DNA from: an uncultured Bacilli bacterium
Lineage (GTDB): Bacteria > Bacillota_I > Bacilli_A > RFN20 > CAG-826
Reading direction: 5' to 3'
NCBI GenBank assembly: GCA_944358985.1
Contig: CALVSI010000003.1
Coordinates: forward strand, 41,388-105,387
DNA: 64,000 nt
Shown: positions 48,240 through 57,345 of the stretch, piece by piece
How positions within the stretch are numbered: the stretch's first letter is position 1
Layout: every line of letters starts with the position of its first letter
Translations under genes and position numbers: made by a program
The notes under the pieces: model-generated
Seen by the model: only the letters and a program-made list of their open reading frames with translations
Databases searched by the model: none
Told to the model about the DNA's origin: nothing

Positions 48240-50168
48240 ATGGAAATTAGAATTAAAGATTTAACTAAAATCTTCCCAGGCGATCCAAAGAAAAACATTC
48301 GTGACACAATTGCTGTCAAAGATTTAGACTTTGTTGTCCCTGATGGTAAATTGGTTGGATTGTTAGGACCTTCTGGATGTGGCAAATCTACAACACTTTA
48401 TATGATAAGTGGTTTGCAAAATCCAACATCTGGAGAAGTTTGGTTTGGTGATCAAGAAGTTACAAATCTATCTCCTGAAAAAAGAGGTATTGGTTTAGTT
48501 TTCCAAAACTATGCTTTATATCCTCACATGACGATTTATAAAAACATCGAATTCCCTTTGACTAATTTGAAAGTCGAAGTACCACTTGTTGACTTTTATA
48601 ATTATGAATATGTAGTTGAACACGATGTAAAAGAAAATGAAAAATTATATTTCTTACAAAAGTCTATTAGATCGTTGATGATGCGTGCTGGATTATCTTT
48701 TAATCAATATAGTGTTCAAATTGAAAAAAACAAAGAACATCCTGATCACATTATAATTCACATTTTGTTAAAGAAAGTGTCAGTGGAAGCTAAAAAATTA
48801 ATAGAAGAAAACTTTCCACTTATTATTAAATCACCTTTAACCTTATTAAAAGAAGAAAAAGCTAGCGAAACACTTTATGATAGTTCGTTTAGAGCCACTG
48901 TTAATAATGTCAGTGATAACGCAATCACATCCTTAACATTTAAAGGCGATTTAACAAAGAAATTTGATGTCGGTAATATTGATGATTTGATTAATAAGAC
49001 CAAAAATATTATAAAAACTAATAAATTTGCTCATATTGAAGGTGTCCTTATTACTAGAACACAATCAGGCGGTTATGAATTGATGGCAATGTTAAATAAT
49101 CTCAATTTCGCAAGAATTGAAGAGTGTGTTAAAGCAATTTCGTCTGTTTATAACTTTAACAGCGTTAATACTTTTATCACTGATATGAAAGATAAAAGTT
49201 TAGAAGTTGTTGTCAAAAATCATTTAAAACAAAACAATATCAAATATTCTGATTTCAAGTTGTATTTTGATAAGAAAAATATCAAATTGTACTTCAAATT
49301 AGTGCGCGTTAGCAAAGAAGGCGCAAAAGATGTTTTAGATGAATTGGCAAAACAATTACAATTAACGGATATCGAATTATCTTCAACGATTGCAATCGCT
49401 CATCGTAAATTGACAAAAGAAGAAAGAAGATCGATTGTTATGTCCACTGCGAAGTTAGTGCAAGTAGATGAATATTTGCAAAGAAAGCCTTCTCAATTAT
49501 CTGGTGGTCAACAACAACGTGTCGCTATTGCTCGTGCTCTTGTTAAACGACCAAGAGTGTTATTATTAGACGAACCATTATCTAACTTAGATGCTCGTTT
49601 AAGATTACAAACTAGAGAAGAAATTCGTCGTATTCAAAAAGAAACTGGTATTACAACAGTTTTCGTCACTCATGACCAAGAAGAAGCAATGTCCATTTCT
49701 GATAAGATTGTCGTTATGAAATTTGGAGAAATGCAACAAATTGACGCTCCACAAAACGTTTATAACGATCCTGCTAACTTATTCGTTGCACAATTCTTAG
49801 GTACCCCTCCAATTAATGTCTTTAAAGGCGAAATTAAAGACAACAAAGTTGTTGTTGGAGATGATGTTGTTTATACATTAAAAGAAAAGGTTGCAGATAA
49901 AAAAGTTTATGTTGCAATACGTCCAGAAGGTTTTGCAATTGCGGATAAGAAAGATAAAGAAGTTTTGCACGCCAAATTATCTATGATTCAAATTCTTGGA
50001 CGCGATATTTCAATGGTGGCAACAAATCCACAGTGTACAAAAGAGACATTTAAAATAATTATTTCAAGTGAAGATCGCACTGATGAAGAAAATCTATCCC
50101 TAAAAGTTAAACCAAATAAGATGTTTATATTTGACGCAGATAGTGAAGAAAGAATCTATATCAAATAG
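48240..50168 (+). CDS. ABC importer ATP-binding protein, MalK/UgpC/MsmX type, with a ~276-aa insertion in the helical subdomain
   Basis: 642 aa. Contains Walker A GPSGCGKST, Q-loop LVFQNYALYPHMT, signature LSGGQQQRVAIARA, Walker B LLLDEPLSNLD, H-loop VTHDQ and a C-terminal TOBE-like domain. Canonical family members are about 360-380 aa. Confidence 0.9.
   Translation: MEIRIKDLTKIFPGDPKKNIRDTIAVKDLDFVVPDGKLVGLLGPSGCGKSTTLYMISGLQNPTSGEVWFGDQEVTNLSPEKRGIGLVFQNYALYPHMTIYKNIEFPLTNLKVEVPLVDFYNYEYVVEHDVKENEKLYFLQKSIRSLMMRAGLSFNQYSVQIEKNKEHPDHIIIHILLKKVSVEAKKLIEENFPLIIKSPLTLLKEEKASETLYDSSFRATVNNVSDNAITSLTFKGDLTKKFDVGNIDDLINKTKNIIKTNKFAHIEGVLITRTQSGGYELMAMLNNLNFARIEECVKAISSVYNFNSVNTFITDMKDKSLEVVVKNHLKQNNIKYSDFKLYFDKKNIKLYFKLVRVSKEGAKDVLDELAKQLQLTDIELSSTIAIAHRKLTKEERRSIVMSTAKLVQVDEYLQRKPSQLSGGQQQRVAIARALVKRPRVLLLDEPLSNLDARLRLQTREEIRRIQKETGITTVFVTHDQEEAMSISDKIVVMKFGEMQQIDAPQNVYNDPANLFVAQFLGTPPINVFKGEIKDNKVVVGDDVVYTLKEKVADKKVYVAIRPEGFAIADKKDKEVLHAKLSMIQILGRDISMVATNPQCTKETFKIIISSEDRTDEENLSLKVKPNKMFIFDADSEERIYIK
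48576..49403 (+). other. Insertion domain within the ABC ATPase (aa ~113-388), four degenerate strand-turn-strand-helix units
   Basis: The insert sits between FPLTNLKV and LTKEERRSIVMSTAKLVQVDEYLQRKPSQLSGGQ. The four units are YSVQIEKNKEHPDHIIIHILLKKVSVEAKKLIEENF, FRATVNNVSDNAITSLTFKGDL..NIDDLINKTKNIIK, IEGVLITRTQSGGYELMAMLNNLNFARIEECVKAISSVY and FKLYFDKKNIKLYFKLVRVSKEGAKDVLDELAKQLQL. Confidence 0.6.
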
Positions 50169-50183
50169 TTATAGGTGAAGTTT

Positions 50184-51257
50184 ATGTTTAAATTGAAGAA
50201 GAAAGAAGAAATGGTGGAAAACGTCAACGTTAACGCTGATGGAACAGCGGTTCTTTCTGACACGACTTATAACGAAGAAGAAAACGTTGTTGTTAGACTC
50301 ATTTCTCATCGTAAAAACAAAAAACCTTATCAAATTACTGGTATTGAAGATGTCAGTGCTAAAAACAATTGGAAAGCCTGGCTATATCTTGGACCAGTTA
50401 TAGTTTTAATCGCAGTATTTTTGATTTATCCTTTGATTAACACTATTTTTATCGCCTTTACTGAAAACTATCAATATGCATCTGGTCAATTTGATGGTTT
50501 CACATTAAATAACTTTGGTGTTATTTTAAATTTGACACCGACAGCGTTAGGAGTTCACGAAGAATATTTTACTAGATATGCTATTCCTAACACCTTTTTA
50601 ATCGTTTTTGTAACTGTTCCTATTTCAACCTTATTAGCGTTAATTATTTCAGTTGCTTTAAATTCTATAAAATGGTTCCAAAAAATATTACAAACAGTAT
50701 TTTTCTTACCATATGTTACTAACGCTATCGCGGTTGGTATGGTTTTCAGCGTTATATTTGATGATCATGGTATTATCAATTATATTTTCAATACTGATAT
50801 AACTTGGATTTATGGTGCTCAACCAATGACCGCTATGATTCCACTTTGTTTATACATCATCTGGTCCTCCATACCATTTAAAATTTTAGTTTTCTTAAGT
50901 GGTTTACAAGGAATTGATAAGCAATATTATCAAGCTGCTCAAATCGATTCTTGTAGTCGTGGTAAAGTATTATGGAAAATTACTGTTCCATTATTATCAC
51001 CTCAAATACTTTATATTCTTGTTACAAGCTTTATTGGTGCGTTTAAAGAATATACTTCTGTTGTTGGTTTGTTCGATGGACCTGGAACAATGGGTGAAAA
51101 TGGTGATCCAAATATGGAAACAATCGTTTTCTATATTTATGATAAACTTGCAAATCAAACTTCATTAGCGGCAGCAGCTGCTGTGTTCTTGTTTGTTATT
51201 ATCTTATTATTTACGTTATTACAATTCGCGGTTTCTAAATCGCGTGTCCATTATTAG
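50184..51257 (+). CDS. ABC importer permease (MalF/UgpA-like) with ~65-aa cytoplasmic N-terminal extension
   Basis: ORF track 50175..51257 starts at GTG; the ATG at 50184 with AGGTGA upstream is preferred. Six TM segments with an EAA-like loop: GIDKQYYQAAQIDSCSRGKVLWKITVPLLSP. Confidence 0.85.
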   Translation: MFKLKKKEEMVENVNVNADGTAVLSDTTYNEEENVVVRLISHRKNKKPYQITGIEDVSAKNNWKAWLYLGPVIVLIAVFLIYPLINTIFIAFTENYQYASGQFDGFTLNNFGVILNLTPTALGVHEEYFTRYAIPNTFLIVFVTVPISTLLALIISVALNSIKWFQKILQTVFFLPYVTNAIAVGMVFSVIFDDHGIINYIFNTDITWIYGAQPMTAMIPLCLYIIWSSIPFKILVFLSGLQGIDKQYYQAAQIDSCSRGKVLWKITVPLLSPQILYILVTSFIGAFKEYTSVVGLFDGPGTMGENGDPNMETIVFYIYDKLANQTSLAAAAAVFLFVIILLFTLLQFAVSKSRVHY

Positions 51258-51271
51258 GAAGGAGGCAGTTT

Positions 51272-52273
51272 ATGGAAAAAAACAATTCGTCTAATAAAAA
51301 AATAAATAAACCTGTAAATAGTTCTCCTTATCCTATTTTTGCACCAGATGTTGATTCAATTGTAATTTCAATAGAAGAAGCTGGTCGTACAGTGGATTCA
51401 ATCAAAAGACAAGAAAAAGTCACACATATTATTTCAACGATATTGACTTATATATTTATCGTTGCACTTGCTCTTGTCGTTATTTTCCCATTTTATTGGA
51501 TGATTATTACATCTTTAAAACAAAATAGCGAAATTACAAATGTTAATCAAACGTTTTTCCCAACAATAGTGATGTGGTCAAACTATGTTTACGTTTTCCA
51601 AGTATTCGATTTTGTCACATTTATGGGTAACACTATTGTTGTTGCGATATTCTCAACAATTGGTACATTATTGACGACCATTTTTGCGGCGTTCGCGTTT
51701 GCAAGATTAAAATTTAAAGGCCGCGAATCATTATTTTTAGTCTTCTTGATGACTATGATGATTCCTGGCGAAATGATGGTCATTTCCAATTATGTTACCG
51801 TTGCTTCTTTTGGTTGGATTGGTGAAGGTCAAACACTAATTGAAGCTTACGCTGCGATGATTGTTCCTTTCTGGATCAGCGTCTTCTACATTTATTTATT
51901 GCGTCAAAACTTTAAACAGATTCCTAATGAACTATACTTGGCCGCGAAAGTGGATGGAAAATCAGATTGGAGTTTCCTTTGGAGAGTTATGGTTCCATTA
52001 GCAATGCCAACATTGATTTCTATTACTATTTTGAAATTTATGGGAACATGGAATTCTTACGTGTGGCCAAATTTGGTTACTCAAGAAGAATCCTTTAGAC
52101 TTATTTCTAATGGTCTTAGAAGTTCAAGCTTCGTTGATGTCGACTCAGGACAAACAGAATATGGTTATCAAACCGCTGCAACGATGCTTGTCACTGTCCC
52201 GTTATTCTTATTATTCGTCTTCTTTAGAAAATACATCATGCGTGGTGTTGGAAGAGCGGGTATTAAAGGATAA
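51272..52273 (+). CDS. ABC importer permease (MalG/UgpE-like) with ~55-aa N-terminal extension
   Basis: 333 aa with an AGGAGG SD. EAA-like loop is IPNELYLAAKVDGKSDWSFLWRVMVPLAMP. Confidence 0.85.
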   Translation: MEKNNSSNKKINKPVNSSPYPIFAPDVDSIVISIEEAGRTVDSIKRQEKVTHIISTILTYIFIVALALVVIFPFYWMIITSLKQNSEITNVNQTFFPTIVMWSNYVYVFQVFDFVTFMGNTIVVAIFSTIGTLLTTIFAAFAFARLKFKGRESLFLVFLMTMMIPGEMMVISNYVTVASFGWIGEGQTLIEAYAAMIVPFWISVFYIYLLRQNFKQIPNELYLAAKVDGKSDWSFLWRVMVPLAMPTLISITILKFMGTWNSYVWPNLVTQEESFRLISNGLRSSSFVDVDSGQTEYGYQTAATMLVTVPLFLLFVFFRKYIMRGVGRAGIKG

Positions 52274-52335
52274 TAAAATTGATTATTATAATGCTTACAT
52301 TATTTTAAAAAAAGACTTATATTTTGGAGGTATTT

Positions 52336-53823
52336 ATGAAAAAAAGTCGAATAATGCTAATGTTGCCTGTCGCACTTGCCATGTTATTAGCATCTTGTGG
52401 TCCAAACAATGCTGGTAGCACAACTAGTGTTGCTGGTGGTGGATCAGGCGGAGGTTTTGTTAAAGAAAAAACCGATATATATTTTTGGCACACATTTTCT
52501 TATGTGACAGAGCTTGAAAATATTGTCAACGCATTTCAAAAAATCGAACCAAATGTCACTGTTCACTTAGAAAAACAAAATGGTGGATATGATGGATTAA
52601 AAACAACAGTAATTAACGGTATTGCTGCTGGAAACACTCCTGATTTAGTTCTTGCTTATCCAGATCATGTCGCAGAATATCTTGATTATGGTATTGCTGT
52701 TGATGCAGATCCTTACATTAATAATGAAGAATATGGCTGGACCGAAGAAGAATATAATGATGTCATTCCAAATTTTATGGAAGAAGGTCAATCTTACAGC
52801 ATTCCTGGTACTTATTCCTTGCCTATGGCTAAATCCACTGAAGCAATGTTTTATAATGAAGATGTTTTAATTGGTTTAGACTTGTCTGCTTATGATTCCA
52901 CTATTAACAATGGTGAAGCTTTGGATGCTGATTATTTAAATAATCTTACTTGGGAAGAGTTGTTCAAAAAATTATGTCCAGCAATTACTGCATATAACGA
53001 TGCTCAACCAGCAACTGAAAAGATTTTATTAGAAAATGAAGCTTATCATGGTATTTTTGCATACGATAGCGATGATAATTTATTCATCACACTCGCTAAA
53101 CAATATGGTTATGGATATACCGCTTTAAATGAAACAACAGGTACTGGTGAAATATTATTCAACAATCCTGAAATGAAATCTTTAATGAAAGTATTTAATG
53201 ATGCTGCAAATAAAGGATATATCATTACTAAAGGTACTTCTGGTGGCAATTACACCAATGAATTCTTTACAAAACAAAATACTTTATTTTCAGTAGGTTC
53301 CACTGGTGGATATAAATATCAAGTCGCTGATACTTTCGATGTTGGTGTTGCTAATATTCCAAGAGCAGAAGGCAAAGACTATTATGTTATCAACCAAGGA
53401 CCATCTATTGCTATGTTAGAAACTAACAAAGCTAATACTGAAAATCGTAAATTAGCAACTTGGTTGTTCTATAAATTCCTAACAAATGCTGAAAATACTT
53501 TATATTGGGGAACTCAAACAGGATATATGCCAGTTCGTTTATCCAGTTATGAAAGCGATGCTTATCTAGACTACATTAGTTTAGAAGGTAAATCAGAATA
53601 TTCCCCTGAATTATTAGCTGCTAAAGTTGGTGTTTATAGTCAAACAATCGCAAGCAGTGGTTCATTATTTGTTTCCGCAGTATTTAAAGGAAGTTCAACA
53701 GCTCGTCAACAAGCCGCTTCTGTCATGAGCCAAGTCTTACTTGCTTCTAAAGAATTGTGCACTGACAATTGGTTGAATGGTATTTTTGAAACAGCAGTCA
53801 ATCAAACAAAATTAGCAATGTAA
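52336..53823 (+). CDS. ABC substrate-binding lipoprotein 1 (family-1 extracellular solute-binding protein)
   Basis: ORF track 52324..53823 starts at TTG; the ATG at 52336 with a GGAGG SD is preferred. Lipobox is MLLASC and the Gly/Ser tether is GPNNAGSTTSVAGGGSGGG. Blocks shared with the next gene are IYFWHTF, AYPDHVAEYL, AMFYNEDV and LTWEE. Confidence 0.8.
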   Translation: MKKSRIMLMLPVALAMLLASCGPNNAGSTTSVAGGGSGGGFVKEKTDIYFWHTFSYVTELENIVNAFQKIEPNVTVHLEKQNGGYDGLKTTVINGIAAGNTPDLVLAYPDHVAEYLDYGIAVDADPYINNEEYGWTEEEYNDVIPNFMEEGQSYSIPGTYSLPMAKSTEAMFYNEDVLIGLDLSAYDSTINNGEALDADYLNNLTWEELFKKLCPAITAYNDAQPATEKILLENEAYHGIFAYDSDDNLFITLAKQYGYGYTALNETTGTGEILFNNPEMKSLMKVFNDAANKGYIITKGTSGGNYTNEFFTKQNTLFSVGSTGGYKYQVADTFDVGVANIPRAEGKDYYVINQGPSIAMLETNKANTENRKLATWLFYKFLTNAENTLYWGTQTGYMPVRLSSYESDAYLDYISLEGKSEYSPELLAAKVGVYSQTIASSGSLFVSAVFKGSSTARQQAASVMSQVLLASKELCTDNWLNGIFETAVNQTKLAM

Positions 53824-53852
53824 ATTGTTAGATTATTTAAGGAGGCAATTAC

Positions 53853-55319
53853 ATGAAAAAAACTACACTCATTGGTTCATTAGCACTTCTAGCAACATTA
53901 GCTACAAGTGCTTGTGGACCTAATAATAATGGTGGCGATGGTGATACAGTCAATATTTATTTTTGGCATACTTTTGGTCAAACCATCGTTGAAACACTCG
54001 AAAGAAAAATTAATCAATTCGTTGATTTAGTTGAAGAAAACGAAGGCGTTAAAGTTCAAATTCATTTGAGCAATTCTGGTTCTTATGACGATATTTTAAA
54101 GAAAATTAATGATGGATTTGCTGCTGGTAACATACCCACGATGGCGGTCGCTTATCCAGATCACGTCGCAGAATATTTAAATCGCGAAACCTACGCTGGA
54201 CAATATGTTGTAAATCTTCAAACTATGGCGGATAACGAAGAATACGGTTTTAATACTCAACCATATTTAGGCGATAGTGCTGGCATGGATGACTTTGTTC
54301 AAACTTATATTGATGAAGGCACACATTATGCTAGAGAAGGTTTATATTCTATTCCATTTATGAAGTCTAGCGAAATTATGTTTTATAATGTTGAAGCTGT
54401 TCAACTAGCTCTTAATGGTAATAGCGAATTCACAGGTTATCGTCCAGAATTTGCCGGAAGTGAAGATCAAATCAACGCTTTCTTAAGAAATTTAACTTGG
54501 GATGAATTTATGGATTTCTGTGAATTCATCAATGCGAATAAGCAATATATTTCTAACACTATTGAAGTTCCTGCATATTATGATAGTGATGCAAACTTAT
54601 TCATTTCTAAAATGTTCCAAAACAACGTTCCTTATTCTAGCGTTAATGAAGATGGAAGTGGAAATGTTGATTTTAAAGATGGAGAAGCTTTGCAAGCCGC
54701 AAAAGATATTGTTAGAGAATTAAAAGAAGATTTTGATAAAGGTTTATTTACCACTAAAGGTGTTAAAGGCACTTATGGTAGTAACGACTTTACTCAAATC
54801 AAATCAATTTTCTCTATTGGTTCAACTGGTGGAACTGGATATAACGTTCCTGCTAGTGATGCTTTTACCGTCGGTGTTGTTAAAGTTCCTTATGACAACA
54901 CTCCAATGTATGTTTCGCAAGGACCAACTCTTTGTATAATGAATTCTTCAACTATTAGCGAACAAGAAAATTCAATGCGTGTTCGTTATGCATGGGAATT
55001 CATTAAATATTTAACTAATGCTAATAATAATGTTGAAATATGCATTAATGGTAGCAATGGTTATGTTCCAGTTAGAGAATCAGCATATGAAACAGATGAT
55101 TTCATGGCTTTTATTGAAGGTGGAGATATTTACGCTGAAGCCTCACGTGTCTCTTTTGAAGACATCGATAACAACTTTATTGTTACTCCTGTTTTTAAAG
55201 GTAGTGCAACATTAAGAGATGAAGGCGGAAGCATTCTTGCCAGCGTCTTTAGAAATACTAAAGATATTGATACAGCCTTTGATGATGCTATCAATGAAAC
55301 ACTATTAGCAATGAGCTAA
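53853..55319 (+). CDS. ABC substrate-binding lipoprotein 2 (diverged paralog of the previous gene)
   Basis: 488 aa with an AAGGAGG SD. Lipobox is LATSAC and the tether is GPNNNGGDGD. Shared blocks are IYFWHTF, AYPDHVAEYL, IMFYNVEA and LTWDEF. Confidence 0.8.
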   Translation: MKKTTLIGSLALLATLATSACGPNNNGGDGDTVNIYFWHTFGQTIVETLERKINQFVDLVEENEGVKVQIHLSNSGSYDDILKKINDGFAAGNIPTMAVAYPDHVAEYLNRETYAGQYVVNLQTMADNEEYGFNTQPYLGDSAGMDDFVQTYIDEGTHYAREGLYSIPFMKSSEIMFYNVEAVQLALNGNSEFTGYRPEFAGSEDQINAFLRNLTWDEFMDFCEFINANKQYISNTIEVPAYYDSDANLFISKMFQNNVPYSSVNEDGSGNVDFKDGEALQAAKDIVRELKEDFDKGLFTTKGVKGTYGSNDFTQIKSIFSIGSTGGTGYNVPASDAFTVGVVKVPYDNTPMYVSQGPTLCIMNSSTISEQENSMRVRYAWEFIKYLTNANNNVEICINGSNGYVPVRESAYETDDFMAFIEGGDIYAEASRVSFEDIDNNFIVTPVFKGSATLRDEGGSILASVFRNTKDIDTAFDDAINETLLAMS

Positions 55320-55336
55320 TAAGAAAGGAAAATTAG

Positions 55337-56782
55337 ATGCTAAAATTTACTCGTAAAATTCCTTTGTTAGCTATTTTAGGTGTCGTGATGATTTCATTAG
55401 CGTCATGTACTCCTGATACTACTTCTACTCAGCCAGAATGGATAGATTATGTAAATGATGGTTCTGTTAGTTTGAAGTTAGATTATGAAGAGCATGATTT
55501 CTATACAGATGGAATTGGTCAAGTTACTGTCAAATACGAAAAACAATGTATTGATGGTGATACAGTCCACTTTGATCCAATTGTCACCACAACTAGTAGC
55601 GAACGTATTAAATCCCGTTTTTATGGTGTTGATACACCAGAATCAACTGGTAAAATTCAACCATGGGGTAAACAAGCAAGCGATTTCACTCATGAAAAAG
55701 TTTGGAATGCAGTGCAAAATGGTACGGTAGTTCTTTCCTCACCATATAATGACTATCACACTCCAGAACCAGATTCTACTGGTGAAAGATATGTCACCCT
55801 TGTTTGGATTAATGAAACAGTTAAAAATGCTCCTAAAGAAGACTTAATATTATTAAATTTAATGTTAGTTCAAGAAGGATATTCTACTGCTAAAAACGTT
55901 ATGGACTTCCCAGAAATGGCAGATACATTTACTGCCGCGGAAGCTCAAGCGAAAGCCTTCCAATTACATATTCATAGTTCTGAAAATCCACCAGGATGGA
56001 ATGACGGCGAATATCGTGTTGATGTCTCCTTGTTGGATTTAAAAATTGAAATTGAAAAGACTTTAGAAGATCCTGATTATATTCCAGAATATAATAATGA
56101 AAAAATTACATTTACTGGTACAGTTGCTGGATTTGCAAACCATATTCTTTATTTAGTCCAATACTTTACTGAAGAAGAAGGAGCCCGCTATCCAGAAGGA
56201 GAATATGCTGGAATTAATATTTTCGTCGGCATGTCTGATCCACCATCAAAATATAGAGAAAGAAATGCCTTTATTCAGGTTAGTGGAACAGCTGTTTATA
56301 GCAATTTTGGCTTCCAAATAACCGATACTGAAGGACGTTTTCCAAATACTATTTCTTATAGTGATTCTGATGCAAAAGTATTATTAACACCAGAAGAAAA
56401 TATTGATGAAGATTCACTCTATACATTTGAATATACACGCGAAGAATTAAACGATGTTGTTACTTTAAAAAATTATGAATCTTTAAATACCGCTGTTAAG
56501 GTAACTGAACCATTAGTTGTCCAAGATGTCTATATTGCTGCTAACAATGAAATTACAGTTTACTTTGAAAATTGTGAATTCAATGCATATGTTTGCTTTA
56601 TGTACCGTGGTAATCCTGATAAACCAAACGAATATTGGTATACTGAAGAACAATGGATTGGAAAACGTATGTATATCCAAGGCATTTATACCTATCATGA
56701 TTCCGTCAGCGGAAGAAGAAGTTGGCAAATTAACCCAACAAATAATGCAGACTTTGTTTGGGCGGATGCGCCTACTGCCTAA
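55337..56782 (+). CDS. Membrane-anchored lipoprotein nuclease: staphylococcal (thermo)nuclease domain plus C-terminal tandem OB-like module
   Basis: 481 aa with lipobox ISLASC. SNase catalytic and Ca-binding pattern is CIDGDTVHF..IKSRFYGVDTPES..GERYVTLVW..NLMLVQEGYSTA. The C-terminal OB-like pattern is ITFTGTVAGFANHILYLVQ..GINIFVG..NAFIQVSGTAVYSNFGFQIT. Confidence 0.8.
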   Translation: MLKFTRKIPLLAILGVVMISLASCTPDTTSTQPEWIDYVNDGSVSLKLDYEEHDFYTDGIGQVTVKYEKQCIDGDTVHFDPIVTTTSSERIKSRFYGVDTPESTGKIQPWGKQASDFTHEKVWNAVQNGTVVLSSPYNDYHTPEPDSTGERYVTLVWINETVKNAPKEDLILLNLMLVQEGYSTAKNVMDFPEMADTFTAAEAQAKAFQLHIHSSENPPGWNDGEYRVDVSLLDLKIEIEKTLEDPDYIPEYNNEKITFTGTVAGFANHILYLVQYFTEEEGARYPEGEYAGINIFVGMSDPPSKYRERNAFIQVSGTAVYSNFGFQITDTEGRFPNTISYSDSDAKVLLTPEENIDEDSLYTFEYTREELNDVVTLKNYESLNTAVKVTEPLVVQDVYIAANNEITVYFENCEFNAYVCFMYRGNPDKPNEYWYTEEQWIGKRMYIQGIYTYHDSVSGRRSWQINPTNNADFVWADAPTA

Positions 56783-56803
56783 ATAATATAAGGGGAGTTG
56801 TTT

Positions 56804-57283
56804 ATGTTATATTGTTCAAATTGTGGTAAAAAAATCGATGAAAAAAAAGTTGAAGCTAAATTGAATTCTTTAGTTTCTCAACAAAATGTTATTAACGATC
56901 AAACTGTAGTCGTTTATGTTTGCCCACGCTGCGAACATATTATTCATCGTGATTTAGATGAAAATGACGTTAAACAACTCTCACGTGCAGCACACGCTGA
57001 AATACAAAGAAGTAATAATTTCTTTTCATCAGGGATGGGTAATGTAGTTACTGGAGTTATTGCTTTAGCGATTGCTATCATCTTTTATTGCTTATCGATT
57101 GATTTGCAAAATCAAATGATTTTAGATACCCAATGTGCTGAATTTTATGTTTTCATTGTTTTAACAGTCATCGGTGGAGCAATGTTTATTGTTGGTCTCG
57201 TGTTGGCTATATTTGGTGCGGTTAAAAAACACCATTATTATAGTCTACTTGATGATATCAAAAATAAGACTTTTATCCAGTAA
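56804..57283 (+). CDS. Zinc-ribbon membrane protein (N-terminal CxxC..CxxC, two C-terminal TM helices)
   Basis: ORF track 56798..57283 starts at TTG; the ATG at 56804 with GGGGAG upstream is preferred. The zinc ribbon is CSNCGKKI..CPRCEHI. The TM helices are VVTGVIALAIAIIFYCL and FYVFIVLTVIGGAMFIVGLVLAIFGAV. Confidence 0.55.
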   Translation: MLYCSNCGKKIDEKKVEAKLNSLVSQQNVINDQTVVVYVCPRCEHIIHRDLDENDVKQLSRAAHAEIQRSNNFFSSGMGNVVTGVIALAIAIIFYCLSIDLQNQMILDTQCAEFYVFIVLTVIGGAMFIVGLVLAIFGAVKKHHYYSLLDDIKNKTFIQ

Positions 57284-57345
57284 AAGTCATTCATCATTTA
57301 TCTTGTTAAAAGATAATATTGCGATAAAAAATATAGGAGGAAATT

